A DNA stretch of 64,000 nucleotides from Eledone cirrhosa. Lineage: Eukaryota. The stretch is taken from positions 17,174,001 to 17,238,000 of the forward strand of contig OZ024740.1 of NCBI GenBank assembly GCA_964016885.1. The letters are read 5' to 3'. Position numbers and translations under genes: made by a program. Below are positions 50,595-64,000 of the stretch, in pieces. Under the pieces are notes generated by a model. The model searched no databases. It was given only the letters and a program-made list of their open reading frames with translations, and had not been told where the DNA came from. Numbering within the stretch: the stretch's first letter is position 1; every line of letters starts with the position of its first letter.

Positions 50595-53500
50595 AGATAT
50601 AGAGGTGTATTACTGTCTATACTATAGATATAGAGGTGTATTACTGTCTATACTATAGATATAGAGGTGTATTACTGTCTATACTATAGATATAGAGGTG
50701 TATTACTGTCTATACTATAGATATAGAGGTGTATTACTGTCTCTACTATAGATATAGAGGTGTATTACTGTCTATACTATAGATATAGAGATGTATTACT
50801 GTCTCTACTATAGATATAGAGATGTATTACTGTCTCTACTATAGATATAGAGGTGTATTACTGTCTATACTATAGATATAGAGATGTATTACTGTCTCTA
50901 CTATAGATATAGAGATGTATTACTGTCTATACTATAGATATAGAGGTGTATTACTGTCTCTACTATAGAAATAGAGATGTATTACTGTCAATACTATAGA
51001 TATAGAGGTGTATTACTGTCTATACTATAGATATAGAGGTGTATTACTGTCTATACTATAGATATAGAGGTGTATTACTGTCTATACTATAGATATAGAG
51101 GTGTATTACTGTCTCTACTATAGATATAGAGATGTATTACTGTCTCTACTATAGATATAGAGATGTATTACTGTCTCTACTATAGATATAGAGGTGTATT
51201 ACTGTCTCTACTATAGATATAGAGGTGTATTACTGTCTATACTATAGATATAGGTGTATTACTGTCTATACTATAGATATAGAGATGTATTACTGTCTCT
51301 ACTATAGATATAGAGATGTATTACTGTCTCTACTATAGATATAGAGGTGTATTACTGTCTCTACTATAGATATAGAGGTGTATTACTGTCTCTACTATAG
51401 ATATAGAGATGTATTAGTCTATACTATAGATATAGAGGTGTATTACTGTCTATACTATAGATATAGAGATGTATTACTGTCTATACTATAGATATAGAGA
51501 TGTATTAGTCTATACTATAGATATAGAGGTGTATTACTGTCTCTACTATAGGTATAGAGATGTATTACTGTCTCTACTATAGATATAGAGGTGTATTACT
51601 GTCTATACTATAGATATAGAGGTGTATTACTGTCTATACTATAGATATAGAGGTGTATTACTGTCTATACTATAGATATAGAGGTGTATTACTGTCTATA
51701 CTATAGATATAGAGGTGTATTACTGTCTCTACTATAGATATAGAGGTGTATTACTGTCTATACTATAGGTATAGAGATGTATTACTGTCTATACTATAGG
51801 TATAGAGATGAATTACTGTCTATACTATAGGTATAGAGGTGTATTACTGTCTCTACTATAGATATAGAGCGGTATTACTGTCTATATTATAGGTATAGAG
51901 ATGTATTACTGTCTCTACTATAGATATAGAGGTGTATTACTGTCTATACTATATATATAGAGATGTATTACTGTCTATACTATAGATATAGAGATGTATT
52001 ACTGTCTATACTATAGATATAGAGATGTATTAGTCTATACTATAGATATAGAGGTGTATTACTGTCTATACTATAGGTATAGAGATGTATTACTGTCTCT
52101 ACTATAGATATAGAGGTGTATTACTGTCTATACTATAGATATAGAGATGTATTACTGTCTCTACTATAGATATAGAGGTGTATTACTGTCTCTACTATAG
52201 ATATAGAGATGTATTACTGTCTATACTATAGATATAGAGGTGTATTACTGTCTATACTATAGATATAGAGATGTATTACTGTCTATACTATAGATATAGA
52301 GATGTATTACTGTCTCTACTTTAGATATAGAGGTGTATTACTGTCTCTACTATAGATATAGAGATGTATTACTGTCTATACTATAGGTATAGAGGTGTAT
52401 TACTGTCTCTACTATAGATATAGAGGTGTATTACTCTCAATACTATAGATATAGAGGTGTATTACTGTCTATACTATAGATATAGAGATGTATTACTGTC
52501 TATACTATAGATATAGAGATGTATTACTGTCTATACTATAGATATAGAGATGTATTAGTCTATACTATAGATATAGAGGTGTATTACTGTCTCTACTATA
52601 GATATAGAGGTGTATTACTGTCTATACTATAGATATAGAGATGTATTACTGTCTATACTATAGATATAGAGATGTATTACTGTCTATACTATAGATATAG
52701 AGATGTATTACTGTCTATACTATAGATATAGAGGTGTTTTCCTGTCTATACTATAGATATTGAGGTGTATTATTGTCTCTACTATAGATATGGAGATGTA
52801 TTACTGTCTACTATAGATATAGAGGTGTATTACTGTCTCTACTATAGATATAGAGGTGTATTACTGTCTATACTATAGATATAGAGATGTATTACTGTCT
52901 ATACTATAGATATAGAGATGTATTACTGTCTATACTATAGATATAGAGGTGTATTACTGTCTCTACTATAGAAATAGAGATGTATTACTGTCAATACTAT
53001 AGATATAGAGGTGTATTACTGTCTCTACTATAGATATAGAGGTGTATTACTGTCTATACTATAGATATAGAGGTGTATTACTGTCAATACTATAGATATA
53101 GAGGTGTATTACTGTCTCTACTATAGATATAGAGATGTATTACTGTCTATACTATAGAAATAGAGATGTATTACTGTCAATACTATAGATATAGAGGTGT
53201 ATTACTGTCTCTACTATAGGTATAGAGGTGTATTACTGTATACTATAGATATAGAGGTGTATTACTGTCTCTACTATAGATATAGAGATGTATTACTGTC
53301 TCTACTATAGATATAGAGGTGTATTACTGTCTATACTATAGATATAGAGGTGTATTACTGTCTATACTATAGATATAGAGGTGTATTACTGTCTATACTA
53401 TAGATATAGAGGTGTATTACTGTCTATACTATAGATATAGAGGTGTATTACTGTCTATACTATAGATATAGAGGTGTATTACTGTCTATACTATAGATAT

Positions 53501-56500
53501 AGATGTATTACTGTCTATACTATAGATATAGAGGTGTATTACTGTCTCTACTATAGATATAGAGGTGTATTACTGTCTATACTATAGATATAGAGATGTA
53601 TTACTGTCTATACTATAGATATAGAGGTGTATTACTGTCTATACTATAGATATAGAGGTGTATTACTGTCTATACTATAGATATAGAGATGTATTACTGT
53701 CTATACTATAGGTATAGCGGTGTATTACTGTCTATACTATAGATATAGAGAGGTGTATTACTGTCTATACTATAGATATAGAGGTGTATTACTGTCTATA
53801 CTATAGATATAGAGGTGTATTACTGTCTATACTATAGATATAGAGGTGTATTACTGTCTCTACTATAGGTATAGAGGTGTATTACTGTCTATACTATAGA
53901 TATAGAGATGTATTACTGTCTATACTATAGATATAGAGATGTATTACTGTCTATACTATAGATATAGAGATGTATTACTGTCTATACTATAGATATAGAG
54001 ATGTATTACTGTCTATACTATAGATATAGAGATGTATTACAGTCTATAATATAGATATAGAGGTGTATTACTGTCTATACTATAGATATAGAGGTGTATT
54101 AATGTCTATACTATAGATATAGAGGTGTATTACTGTCTATACTATAGATATAGAGATGTATTACTGTCTATACTATAGATATAGAGATGTATTACTGTCT
54201 ATAATATAGATATAGAGGTGTATTACTGTCTATACTACAGGTATAGAGGTGTATTACTGTCTCTACTATAGATATAGAGGTGTATTACTGTCTCTACTAT
54301 AGATATAGAGATGTATTACTGTCTCTACTATAGATATAGAGATGTATTACTGTCTCTACGTCTCTACTATAGATATAGAGATGTATTACTGTCTATACTA
54401 TAGATATAGAGATGTATTACTGTCTATACTATAGATATAGAGATGTATTACTGTCTCTACGTCTCTACTATAGATATAGAGATGTATTACTGTCTATACT
54501 ATAGATATAGAGATGTATTACTGTCTATACTATAGATATAGAGATGTATTACTGTCTCTACTATAGATATAGAGGTGTATTACTGTCTATACTATAGATA
54601 TAGAGGTGTATTACTCTCTATACTATAGGTATAGAGATGTATTACTGTCTATACTATAGGTATAGAGATGTATTACTGTCTCTACTATAGGTATAGAGAT
54701 GTATTACTGTCTCTACTATTGATATAGTGTATTACTGTCTCTACTATAGGTATAGAGATGTATTACTGTCTCTACTATAGGTATAGAGATGTATTACTGT
54801 CTCTACTATAGATATAGAGGTGTATTACTGTCTATACTATAGATATAGAAGTGTATTACTGTCTCTACTATAGATATAGAGGTGTATTACTGTCTATACT
54901 ATAGATATAGAGGTGTATTACTGTCTATACTATAGATATAGAGGTGTATTACTGTCTATACTATAGATATAGAGGTGTATTACTGTCTCTACTATAAATA
55001 TAGAGGTGTATTACTGTCTATACTATAGATATAGAGATGTATTACTGTCTATACTATAGATATAGAGATGTATTACTGTCTATACTATAGATATAGAGAT
55101 GTATTAGTCTATACTATAGATATAGAGGTGTATTACTGTCTCTACTATAGATATAGAGGTGTATTACTGTCTATACTATAGATATAGAGATGTATTACTG
55201 TCTATACTATAGATATAGAGATGTATTACTGTCTATACTATAGATATAGAGGTGTTTTCCTGTCTATACTATAGATATAGAGGTGTATTATTGTCTCTAC
55301 TATAGATATGGAGATGTATTACTGTCTACTATAGATATAGAGGTGTATTACTGTCTCTACTATAGATATAGAGGTGTATTACTGTCTATACTATAGATAT
55401 AGAGATGTATTACTGTCTATACTATAGATATAGAGATGTATTACTGTCTATACTATAGATATAGAGGTGTATTACTGTCTCTACTATAGAAATAGAGATG
55501 TATTACTGTCAATACTATAGATATAGAGGTGTATTACTGTCTCTACTATAGATATAGAGGTGTATTACTGTCTATACTATAGATATAGAGGTGTATTACT
55601 GTCAATACTATAGATATAGAGGTGTATTACTGTCTCTACTATAGATATAGAGATGTATTACTGTCTATACTATAGAAATAGAGATGTATTACTGTCAATA
55701 CTATAGATATAGAGGTGTATTACTGTCTCTACTATAGATATAGAGATGTATTACTGTCTCTACTATAGGTATAGAGGTGTATTACTGTATACTATAGATA
55801 TAGAGGTGTATTACTGTCTCTACTATAGATATAGAGATGTATTACTGTCTCTACTATAGATATAGAGGTGTATTACTGTCTATACTATAGATATAGAGGT
55901 GTATTACTGTCTATACTATAGATATAGAGGTGTATTACTGTCTATACTATAGATATAGAGGTGTATTACTGTCTATACTATAGATATAGAGGTGTATTAC
56001 TGTCTATACTATAGATATAGAGGTGTATTACTGTCTATACTATAGATATAGATGTATTACTGTCTATACTATAGATATAGAGGTGTATTACTGTCTCTAC
56101 TATAGATATAGAGGTGTATTACTGTCTATACTATAGATATAGAGATGTATTACTGTCTATACTATAGATATAGAGGTGTATTACTGTCTCTGCTATAGAT
56201 ATAGAGGTGTATTACTGTCTATACTATAGATATAGAGGTGTATTACTGTCTATACTATAGATATAGAGATGTATTACTGTCTATACTATAGGTATAGCGG
56301 TGTATTACTGTCTATACTATAGATATAGAGGTGTATTACTGTCTATACTATAGATATAGAGATGTATTACTGTCTATACTATAGGTATAGCGGTGTATTA
56401 CTGTCTATACTATAGATATAGAGAGGTGTATTACTGTCTATACTATAGATATAGAGGTGTATTACTGTCTATACTATAGATATAGAGGTGTATTACTGTC

Positions 56501-57938
56501 TCTACTATAGATATAGAGGTGTATTACTGTCTATACTATAGATATAGAGGTGTATTACTGTCTCTACTATAGGTATAGAGGTGTATTACTGTCTATACTA
56601 TAGATATAGAGATGTATTACTGTCTATACTATAGATATAGAGATGTATTACTGTCTATACTATAGATATAGAGATGTATTACTGTCTATACTATAGATAT
56701 AGAGATGTATTACTGTCTATACTATAGATATAGAGATGTATTACAGTCTATAATATAGATATAGAGGTGTATTACTGTCTATACTATAGATATAGAGGTG
56801 TATTAATGTCTATACTATAGATATAGAGGTGTATTACTGTCTATACTATAGATATAGAGATGTATTACTGTCTATACTATAGATATAGAGATGTATTACT
56901 GTCTATAATATAGATATAGAGGTGTATTACTGTCTATACTACAGGTATAGAGGTGTATTACTGTCTCTACTATAGATATAGAGGTGTATTACTGTCTCTA
57001 CTATAGATATAGAGATGTATTACTGTCTCTACTATAGATATAGAGATGTATTACTGTCTCTACTATAGATATAGAGATGTATTACTGTCTCTACTATAGA
57101 TATAGAGATGTATTACTGTCTCTACGTCTCTACTATAGATATAGAGATGTATTACTGTCTATACTATAGATATAGAGATGTATTACTGTCTATACTATAG
57201 ATATAGAGATGTATTACTGTCTATACTATAGATATAGAGATGTATTACTGTCTCTACTATAGATATAGAGGTGTATTACTGTCTATACTATAGATATAGA
57301 GGTGTATTACTCTCTATACTATAGGTATAGAGATGTATTACTGTCTATACTATAGGTATAGAGATGTATTACTGTCTCTACTATAGGTATAGAGATGTAT
57401 TACTGTCTCTACTATTGATATAGTGTATTACTGTCTCTACTATAGGTATAGAGATGTATTACTGTCTCTACTATAGGTATAGAGATGTATTACTGTCTCT
57501 ACTATAGATATAGAGGTGTATTACTGTCTATACTATAGATATAGAAGTGTATTACTGTCTCTACTATAGATATAGAGGTGTATTACTGTCTATACTATAG
57601 ATATAGAGGTGTATTACTGTCTATACTATAGATATAGAGGTGTATTACTGTCTATACTATAGATATAGAGGTGTATTACTGTCTCTACTATAAATATAGA
57701 GGTGTATTACTGTCTATACTATAGATATAGAGATGTATTACTGTCTCTACTATAGATATAGAGGTGTATTACTGTCTCTACTATAGATATAGAGATGTAT
57801 TACTGTCTATACTATAGATATAGAGATGTATTACTGTCTCTACTATAGATATAGAGATGTATTACTGTCTATACTATAGGTATAGAGATGTATTACTGTC
57901 TCTACTATAGATATAGAGGTGTATTGCTGTCTCTACTA
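50595..57938. repeat. Satellite array 4, 31-bp unit AGATATAGAG(G/A)TGTATTACTGTCT(A/C)TACTAT
   Basis: Period 31 (50601 to 50632); rare variants recur 2.5-2.7 kb apart. Confidence 0.98.
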
Positions 57939-58054
57939 ACATCTCAGACATTTTTTTCACATTGATTCATTAATCCCTTCATGAGATACCATCTTAAATA
58001 CATACTTGCTTTAAAATATAAGTATTCTTCCTTACGCTTGTGTTATTATTATTA

Positions 58055-58572
58055 TAGCACAGAGTTATGTCCTTTTACGTTCTGAGTTCAAATTTCGCCG
58101 AGGTTAACTTTGCCTTTCATCCTTACGGAATCAATAAAATAAAGCACCAGTAACCTACTGGGGTCAATTTAATCAAATTTCCCCTTCCCCCCAAATTGCT
58201 TGACTTGTGCCTATTGTAGAAATCCCTATTATTATTATTAACGCCCAGGTTAACTTTGCCTTTCGTCCTTATGGGGTCGATAAAATAAAGTACCAGTAAT
58301 ACACTGGGATCATTGCTGGCCTTGTGTCTAAAGTAGAAACAATTATTAGTAGGGCAGCGGATTGGCAGTATCGGTAGAGCGTCGGACAACATGCTTTGCG
58401 GCATAGAGTTATATCCCTTTACATTCTGATTTCAATTCCTGCCGAGGTTAGCTTTGCCTTTCCTCTTTATGGCGTTGACAAAATAAAGTACCTGTAATAC
58501 ACTAGGGTTAATTTAATCAATTTTAACCTTTCCCAATATTGCTGGCGTAAATCAGAAACCATTATTATTATT
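58055..58572 (+). mobile_element. Cluster of three SINE family A copies in tandem
   Basis: Three GGTTA(A/G)CTTTGCCTTTC..AAAATAAAG units, each ending AGAAA..ATTATT. Confidence 0.9.
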
Positions 58573-58691
58573 AATTAGATTTTGTTTCCTAGTTATTTTA
58601 ATGAGGTTTGTGTTGAAAAGGAATTAATTGATGTAATAACTTTTATGTAATCTTAATTTGTTTTACATACACACACACACATATATATACT

Positions 58692-58732
<41 letters not shown>

Positions 58733-59064
58733 TGTGTGTTTGTGTGTGTGTGTTATATATATATATATATATGAATATTATAATTTCACATAGTGAAATT
58801 CCTGTAGACTGTAAGGGTGTTTCTGAAGAGGTGTTATTATACCAAATATGGTGTTGTAATATCTGAGTCCAGACCTGTAGAAAGTGGCAGCATGGAAATG
58901 GTTTTACTGAATGGAATCTATTGATTTCAGAACTATCATTATTACACAAACAAACAAAAAAAGGCTTTTGCTGTTGTATTTCATAATTAAAGGTTATTAT
59001 TGTTGTTAAAGTTAGCTGACACTAAGTGTTTGTAGAAGTCTCTGTAAGCCTATTGTCCTGGCTT

Positions 59065-59555
59065 CACCACCACCACCACTGCTATCACCTCCACCATCAA
59101 CATTACCACCACCTCCATCAACATCACTACTACCACCATTATCATCACCGCCATAACCACCACCTACATCAATATACTAACCTCCACCATCAACATTACC
59201 ACCACCACCGCCACCACCACCATCAACATCACTACCACCATCAACATCACTACTACCACCAATATCATCACCACCATCAACACACCAACCATCACCATCA
59301 TCACTATAAATATCACTACTACTAGCACCACCACAACCTTCTCCACCACTGCCAATATCATCATCACCTCCATCATCATGAACACCACCGCCACCACTAT
59401 CATCATCACTACAATCACCTCAACCACCACCTCCATCAACATAACACCTATCACACATCACCATCCACACTACCTCCTCCATTGCTATCAATTTCACCAC
59501 TGCTGACACCCCTTCATCAACATATCATCACCACTACTACCACCACCACCACCAC
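59065..59555. repeat. Degenerate (CAC/CAT)n tract
   Basis: Direct reading. Confidence 0.9.
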
Positions 59556-62500
59556 CTCTACTGTCCACCATCACTACCACCTCTACTGTCCACCATCACT
59601 ACCACCACAACTGTTCACCATCACTACCACCACTACTGTTCACCATCACTACCACCACTACTGTTCACCATCACTACCACCACTACTGTTCACCATCACT
59701 ACCACCTCTACCACCACCTCTACTGTCCACCATCACTACCACCTCTACTGTTCACCACCACTACCACCACTACTGTTCACCATCACTACCACCACCTCTA
59801 CTGTTCACCATCACTACCACCTCTACTGTCCACCACCTCTACCACCACTACTGTTCACCACCACTACCACCACTACTGTTCACCATCACTACCACCTCTA
59901 CTGTCCACCACCACTACCACCACTACTGTTCACCATCACTACCACCTCTACTGTCCACCATCACTACCACCTCTACTGTCCACCACCACTACCACCACTA
60001 CTGTTCACCATCACTACCACCACCTCTACTGTTCACCATCACTACCACCACTACTGTTCACCATCACTACCACCACTACTGTTCACCACCACTACTGTTC
60101 ACCACTACCACCACCTCTACTGTCCACCATCACTACCACCACTACTGTTCACCATCACTACCACCTCTACTGTCCACCACCACTACCACCACTACTGTTC
60201 ACCACCACTACCACCACTACTGTTCACCACTACCACCACCTCTACTGTTCACCATCACTACCACCACCTCTACTGTTCACCACCACTACCACCACTACTG
60301 TTCACCATCACTACCACCTCTACTGTCCACCACCACTACTGTTCACCATCACTACCACCTCTACTGTCCACCATCACTACCACCTCTACTGTCCACCACC
60401 ACTACCACCACTACTGTTCACCATCACTACCACCACCTCTACTGTTCACCATCACTACCACCACTACTGTTCACCATCACTACCACCACTACTGTTCACC
60501 ACCACTACTGTTCACCACTACCACCACCTCTACTGTCCACCATCACTACCACCACTACTGTTCACCATCACTACCACCTCTACTGTCCACCACCACTACT
60601 GTCCACCACCACTACCACCACTACTGTTCACCACCACTACTGTTCACCACTACCACCACCTCTACTGTTCACCATCACTACCACCACCTCTACTGTTCAC
60701 CATCACTACCACCACCTCTACTGTTCACCATCACTACCACCACTACTGTTCATCACTACCACCTCTACTGTTCACCATCACTACCACCTCTACCATTCAC
60801 CATCACTACCACCACTACTGTTCACCATCACCACCACCTCTACCATTCACCATCACTACCACCACCTCTACTGTTCACCATCACTACCACCACTACTGTT
60901 CACCATCACCACCACCTCTACTGTCCACCATCACTACCACCACTACTGTCCACCATCACTACCACCTCTACTGTCCACCATCACTACCACCACTACTGTT
61001 CACCATCACTACCACCACTACTGTTCACCATCACTACCACCTCTACCATTCACCATCACTACCACCTCTACTGTCCACCATCACTACCACCTCTACTGTC
61101 CACCACCACTACTGTTCATCACTACCACCTCTACTGTTCACCATCACTACCACCACTACTGTTCACCATCACCACCACCTCTACCATTCACCATCACTAC
61201 CACCTCTACTGTCCACCATCACTACCACCACTACTGTTCACCATCACTACCACCACTACTGTTCATCACTACCACCTCTACTGTTCACCATCACTACCAC
61301 CACTACTGTTCACCATCACCACCACCTCTACCATTCACCATCACTACCACCACCTCTACTGTTCACCATCACTACCACCACTACTGTTCACCATCACCAC
61401 CACCTCTACTGTCCACCATCACTACCACCACTACTGTCCACCATCACTACCACCTCTACTGTCCACCATCACTACCACCACTACTGTTCACCATCACTAC
61501 CACCTCTACCACCACCTCTACTGTCCACCATCACTACCACCTCTACTGTTCACCACCACTACCACCACTACTGTTCACCATCACTACCACCTCTACCACC
61601 ACCTCTACTGTTCACCATCACTACCACCTCTACTGTCCACCACCACTACCACCTCTACTGTTCACCACCACTACCACCACTACTGTTCACCATCACTACC
61701 ACCTCTACTATCCACCATCACTACCACCTCTACTGTCCACCACCACTACCACCACTACTGTTCACCATCACTACCACCTCTACTGTCCACCATCACTACC
61801 ACCTCTACTGTCCACCACCACTACCACCACTACTGTTCACCACCACTACCACCACTACTGTTCACCATCACTACCACCACCTCTACTGTTCACCATCACT
61901 ACCACCTCTACTGTCCACCACCACTACCACCTCTACTGTTCACCACCACTACCACCACTACTGTTCACCATCACTACCACCTCTACTATCCACCATCACT
62001 ACCACCTCTACTGTCCACCACCACTACCACCACTACTGTTCACCATCACTACCACCTCTACTGTCCACCATCACTACCACCTCTACTGTCCACCACCACT
62101 ACTGTTCACCACCACTACCACCACTACTGTTCACCATCACTACCACCACCTCTACTGTTCACCATCACTACCACCACTACTGTTCACCATCACTACCACC
62201 ACTACTGTTCACCACCACTACTGTTCACCACTACCACCACCTCTACTGTCCACCATCACTACCACCACTACTGTTCACCATCACTACCACCTCTACTGTC
62301 CACCACCACTACTGGTCACCACCACTACCACCACTACTGTTCACCACTACCACCACCTCTACTGTTCACCATCACCACCACCACTACTGTTCACCATCAC
62401 CACCACCTCTACCATTCACCATCACTACCACCACTACTGTTCACCATCACTACCACCTCTACTGTTCATCACTACCACCTCTACTGTTCACCATCACTAC

Positions 62501-64000
62501 CACCACTACTGTTCACCATCACCACCACCTCTACCATTCACCATCACTACCACCACCTCTACTGTTCACCATCACTACCACCACTACTGTTCACCATCAC
62601 CACCACCTCTACCATTCACCATCACTACCACCACCTCTACTGTTCACCATCACTACCACCACTACTGTTCACCATCACTACCACCTCTACTGTCCACCAT
62701 CACTACCACCTCTACTGTCCACCATCACTACCACCACTACTGTTCACCATCACTACCACCACTACTGTTCACCACCACTACCACCACTACTGTTTACCAC
62801 CACTACTGTTCACCACCACTACCACCACTACTGTTCACCACCACCTCTACTGTTCACCATCACTACCACCACTACTGTTCACCATCACCACCACCTCTAC
62901 TGTTCACCATCACTACCACCACTACTGTTCACCATCACTACCACCTCTACTGTCCACCATCACTACCACCACTACTGTCCACCATCACTACCACCTCTAC
63001 TGTCCACCATCACTACCACCACTACTGTTCACCATCACTACCACCTCTACTGTCCACCATCACTACCACCACTACTGTTCACCATCACTACCACCTCTAC
63101 TGTTCACCATCACTACCACCACTACTGTTCACCATCACTACCACCACTACTGTTCACCATCACTACCACCACCTCTACTGTTCACCATCACTACCACCAC
63201 CTCTACTGTTCACCATCACTACCACCTCTACTGTTCACCATCACTACCACCACTACTGTTCACCATCACTACCACCACCTCTACTGTTCACCATCACTAC
63301 CACCACCTCTACTGTTCACCATCACTACCACCTCTACTGTTCACCATCACTACCACATCTACTGTTCACCATCACTACCACCACTACTGTTCACCATCAC
63401 TACCACCTCTACTGTTCACCATCACTACCACCTCTACTGTTCACCATCACTACCACCTCTACTGTTCACCATCACCACCACCTCTACTGTCCACCATCAC
63501 TACCACCTCTACTGTTCACCACCACTACCACCACTACTGTTCACCACCACTACTGTTCACCACTACCACCACCTCTACTGTTCACCATCACTACCACCTC
63601 TACTGTTCACCATCACTACCACCACTACTGTTCACCATCACCACCACCTCTACCATTCACCATCACTACCACCTCTACTGTCCACCATCACTACCACCAC
63701 TACTGTTCACCATCACTACCACCACTACTGTTCATCACTACCACCTCTACTGTTCACCATCACTACCACCACTACTGTTCACCATCACCACCACCTCTAC
63801 CATTCACCATCACTACCACCACCTCTACTGTTCACCATCACTACCACCACTACTGTTCACCATCACCACCACCTCTACTGTCCACCATCACTACCACCAC
63901 TACTGTCCACCATCACTACCACCTCTACTGTCCACCATCACTACCACCACTACTGTTCACCATCACTACCACCACTACTGTTCACCATCACTACCACCTC
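59555..64000. repeat. Minisatellite array 5, 25-bp unit CCAC(CAC/CTC)TACTGT(T/C)CACCATCACTA; runs off the right edge
   Basis: CTGT at 59586, 59611 and 59636 (period 25), with 3-bp slippage variants. Confidence 0.97.

Overview
Eukaryotic, repeat-dominated, essentially non-coding DNA. The SINE and RTE-LINE families look cephalopod, most likely Octopus (inferred from recalled family features, not searched). About half the window is six large tandem arrays: ~40 bp (1-12145), 11 bp, 52-64 bp, 30/32 bp, 31 bp and 25 bp. The rest is microsatellites, two tRNA-derived SINE families, piggyBac-, Tc1/mariner- and hAT-like MITEs, and a nest of 5'-truncated RTE-clade LINEs (40.2-48.8 kb) whose RT carries an inserted C4HC3 PHD-type finger. 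No host protein-coding exon could be supported; nearly all listed ORFs are repeat read-throughs. Main observations: (i) four unrelated arrays share ACAGTA/TACTGT set in different simple-repeat backgrounds, and a 4.75-kb inversion in array 1 breaks at ACAGT and ACTGT; (ii) several long fold-back palindromes, two visible only after removing a later retro-insertion, one capped by a hammerhead-like core; (iii) one SINE family carrying two alternative 3' tails that match two different RTE LINEs in this window; (iv) an in-frame 603-bp duplication inside one RTE copy.
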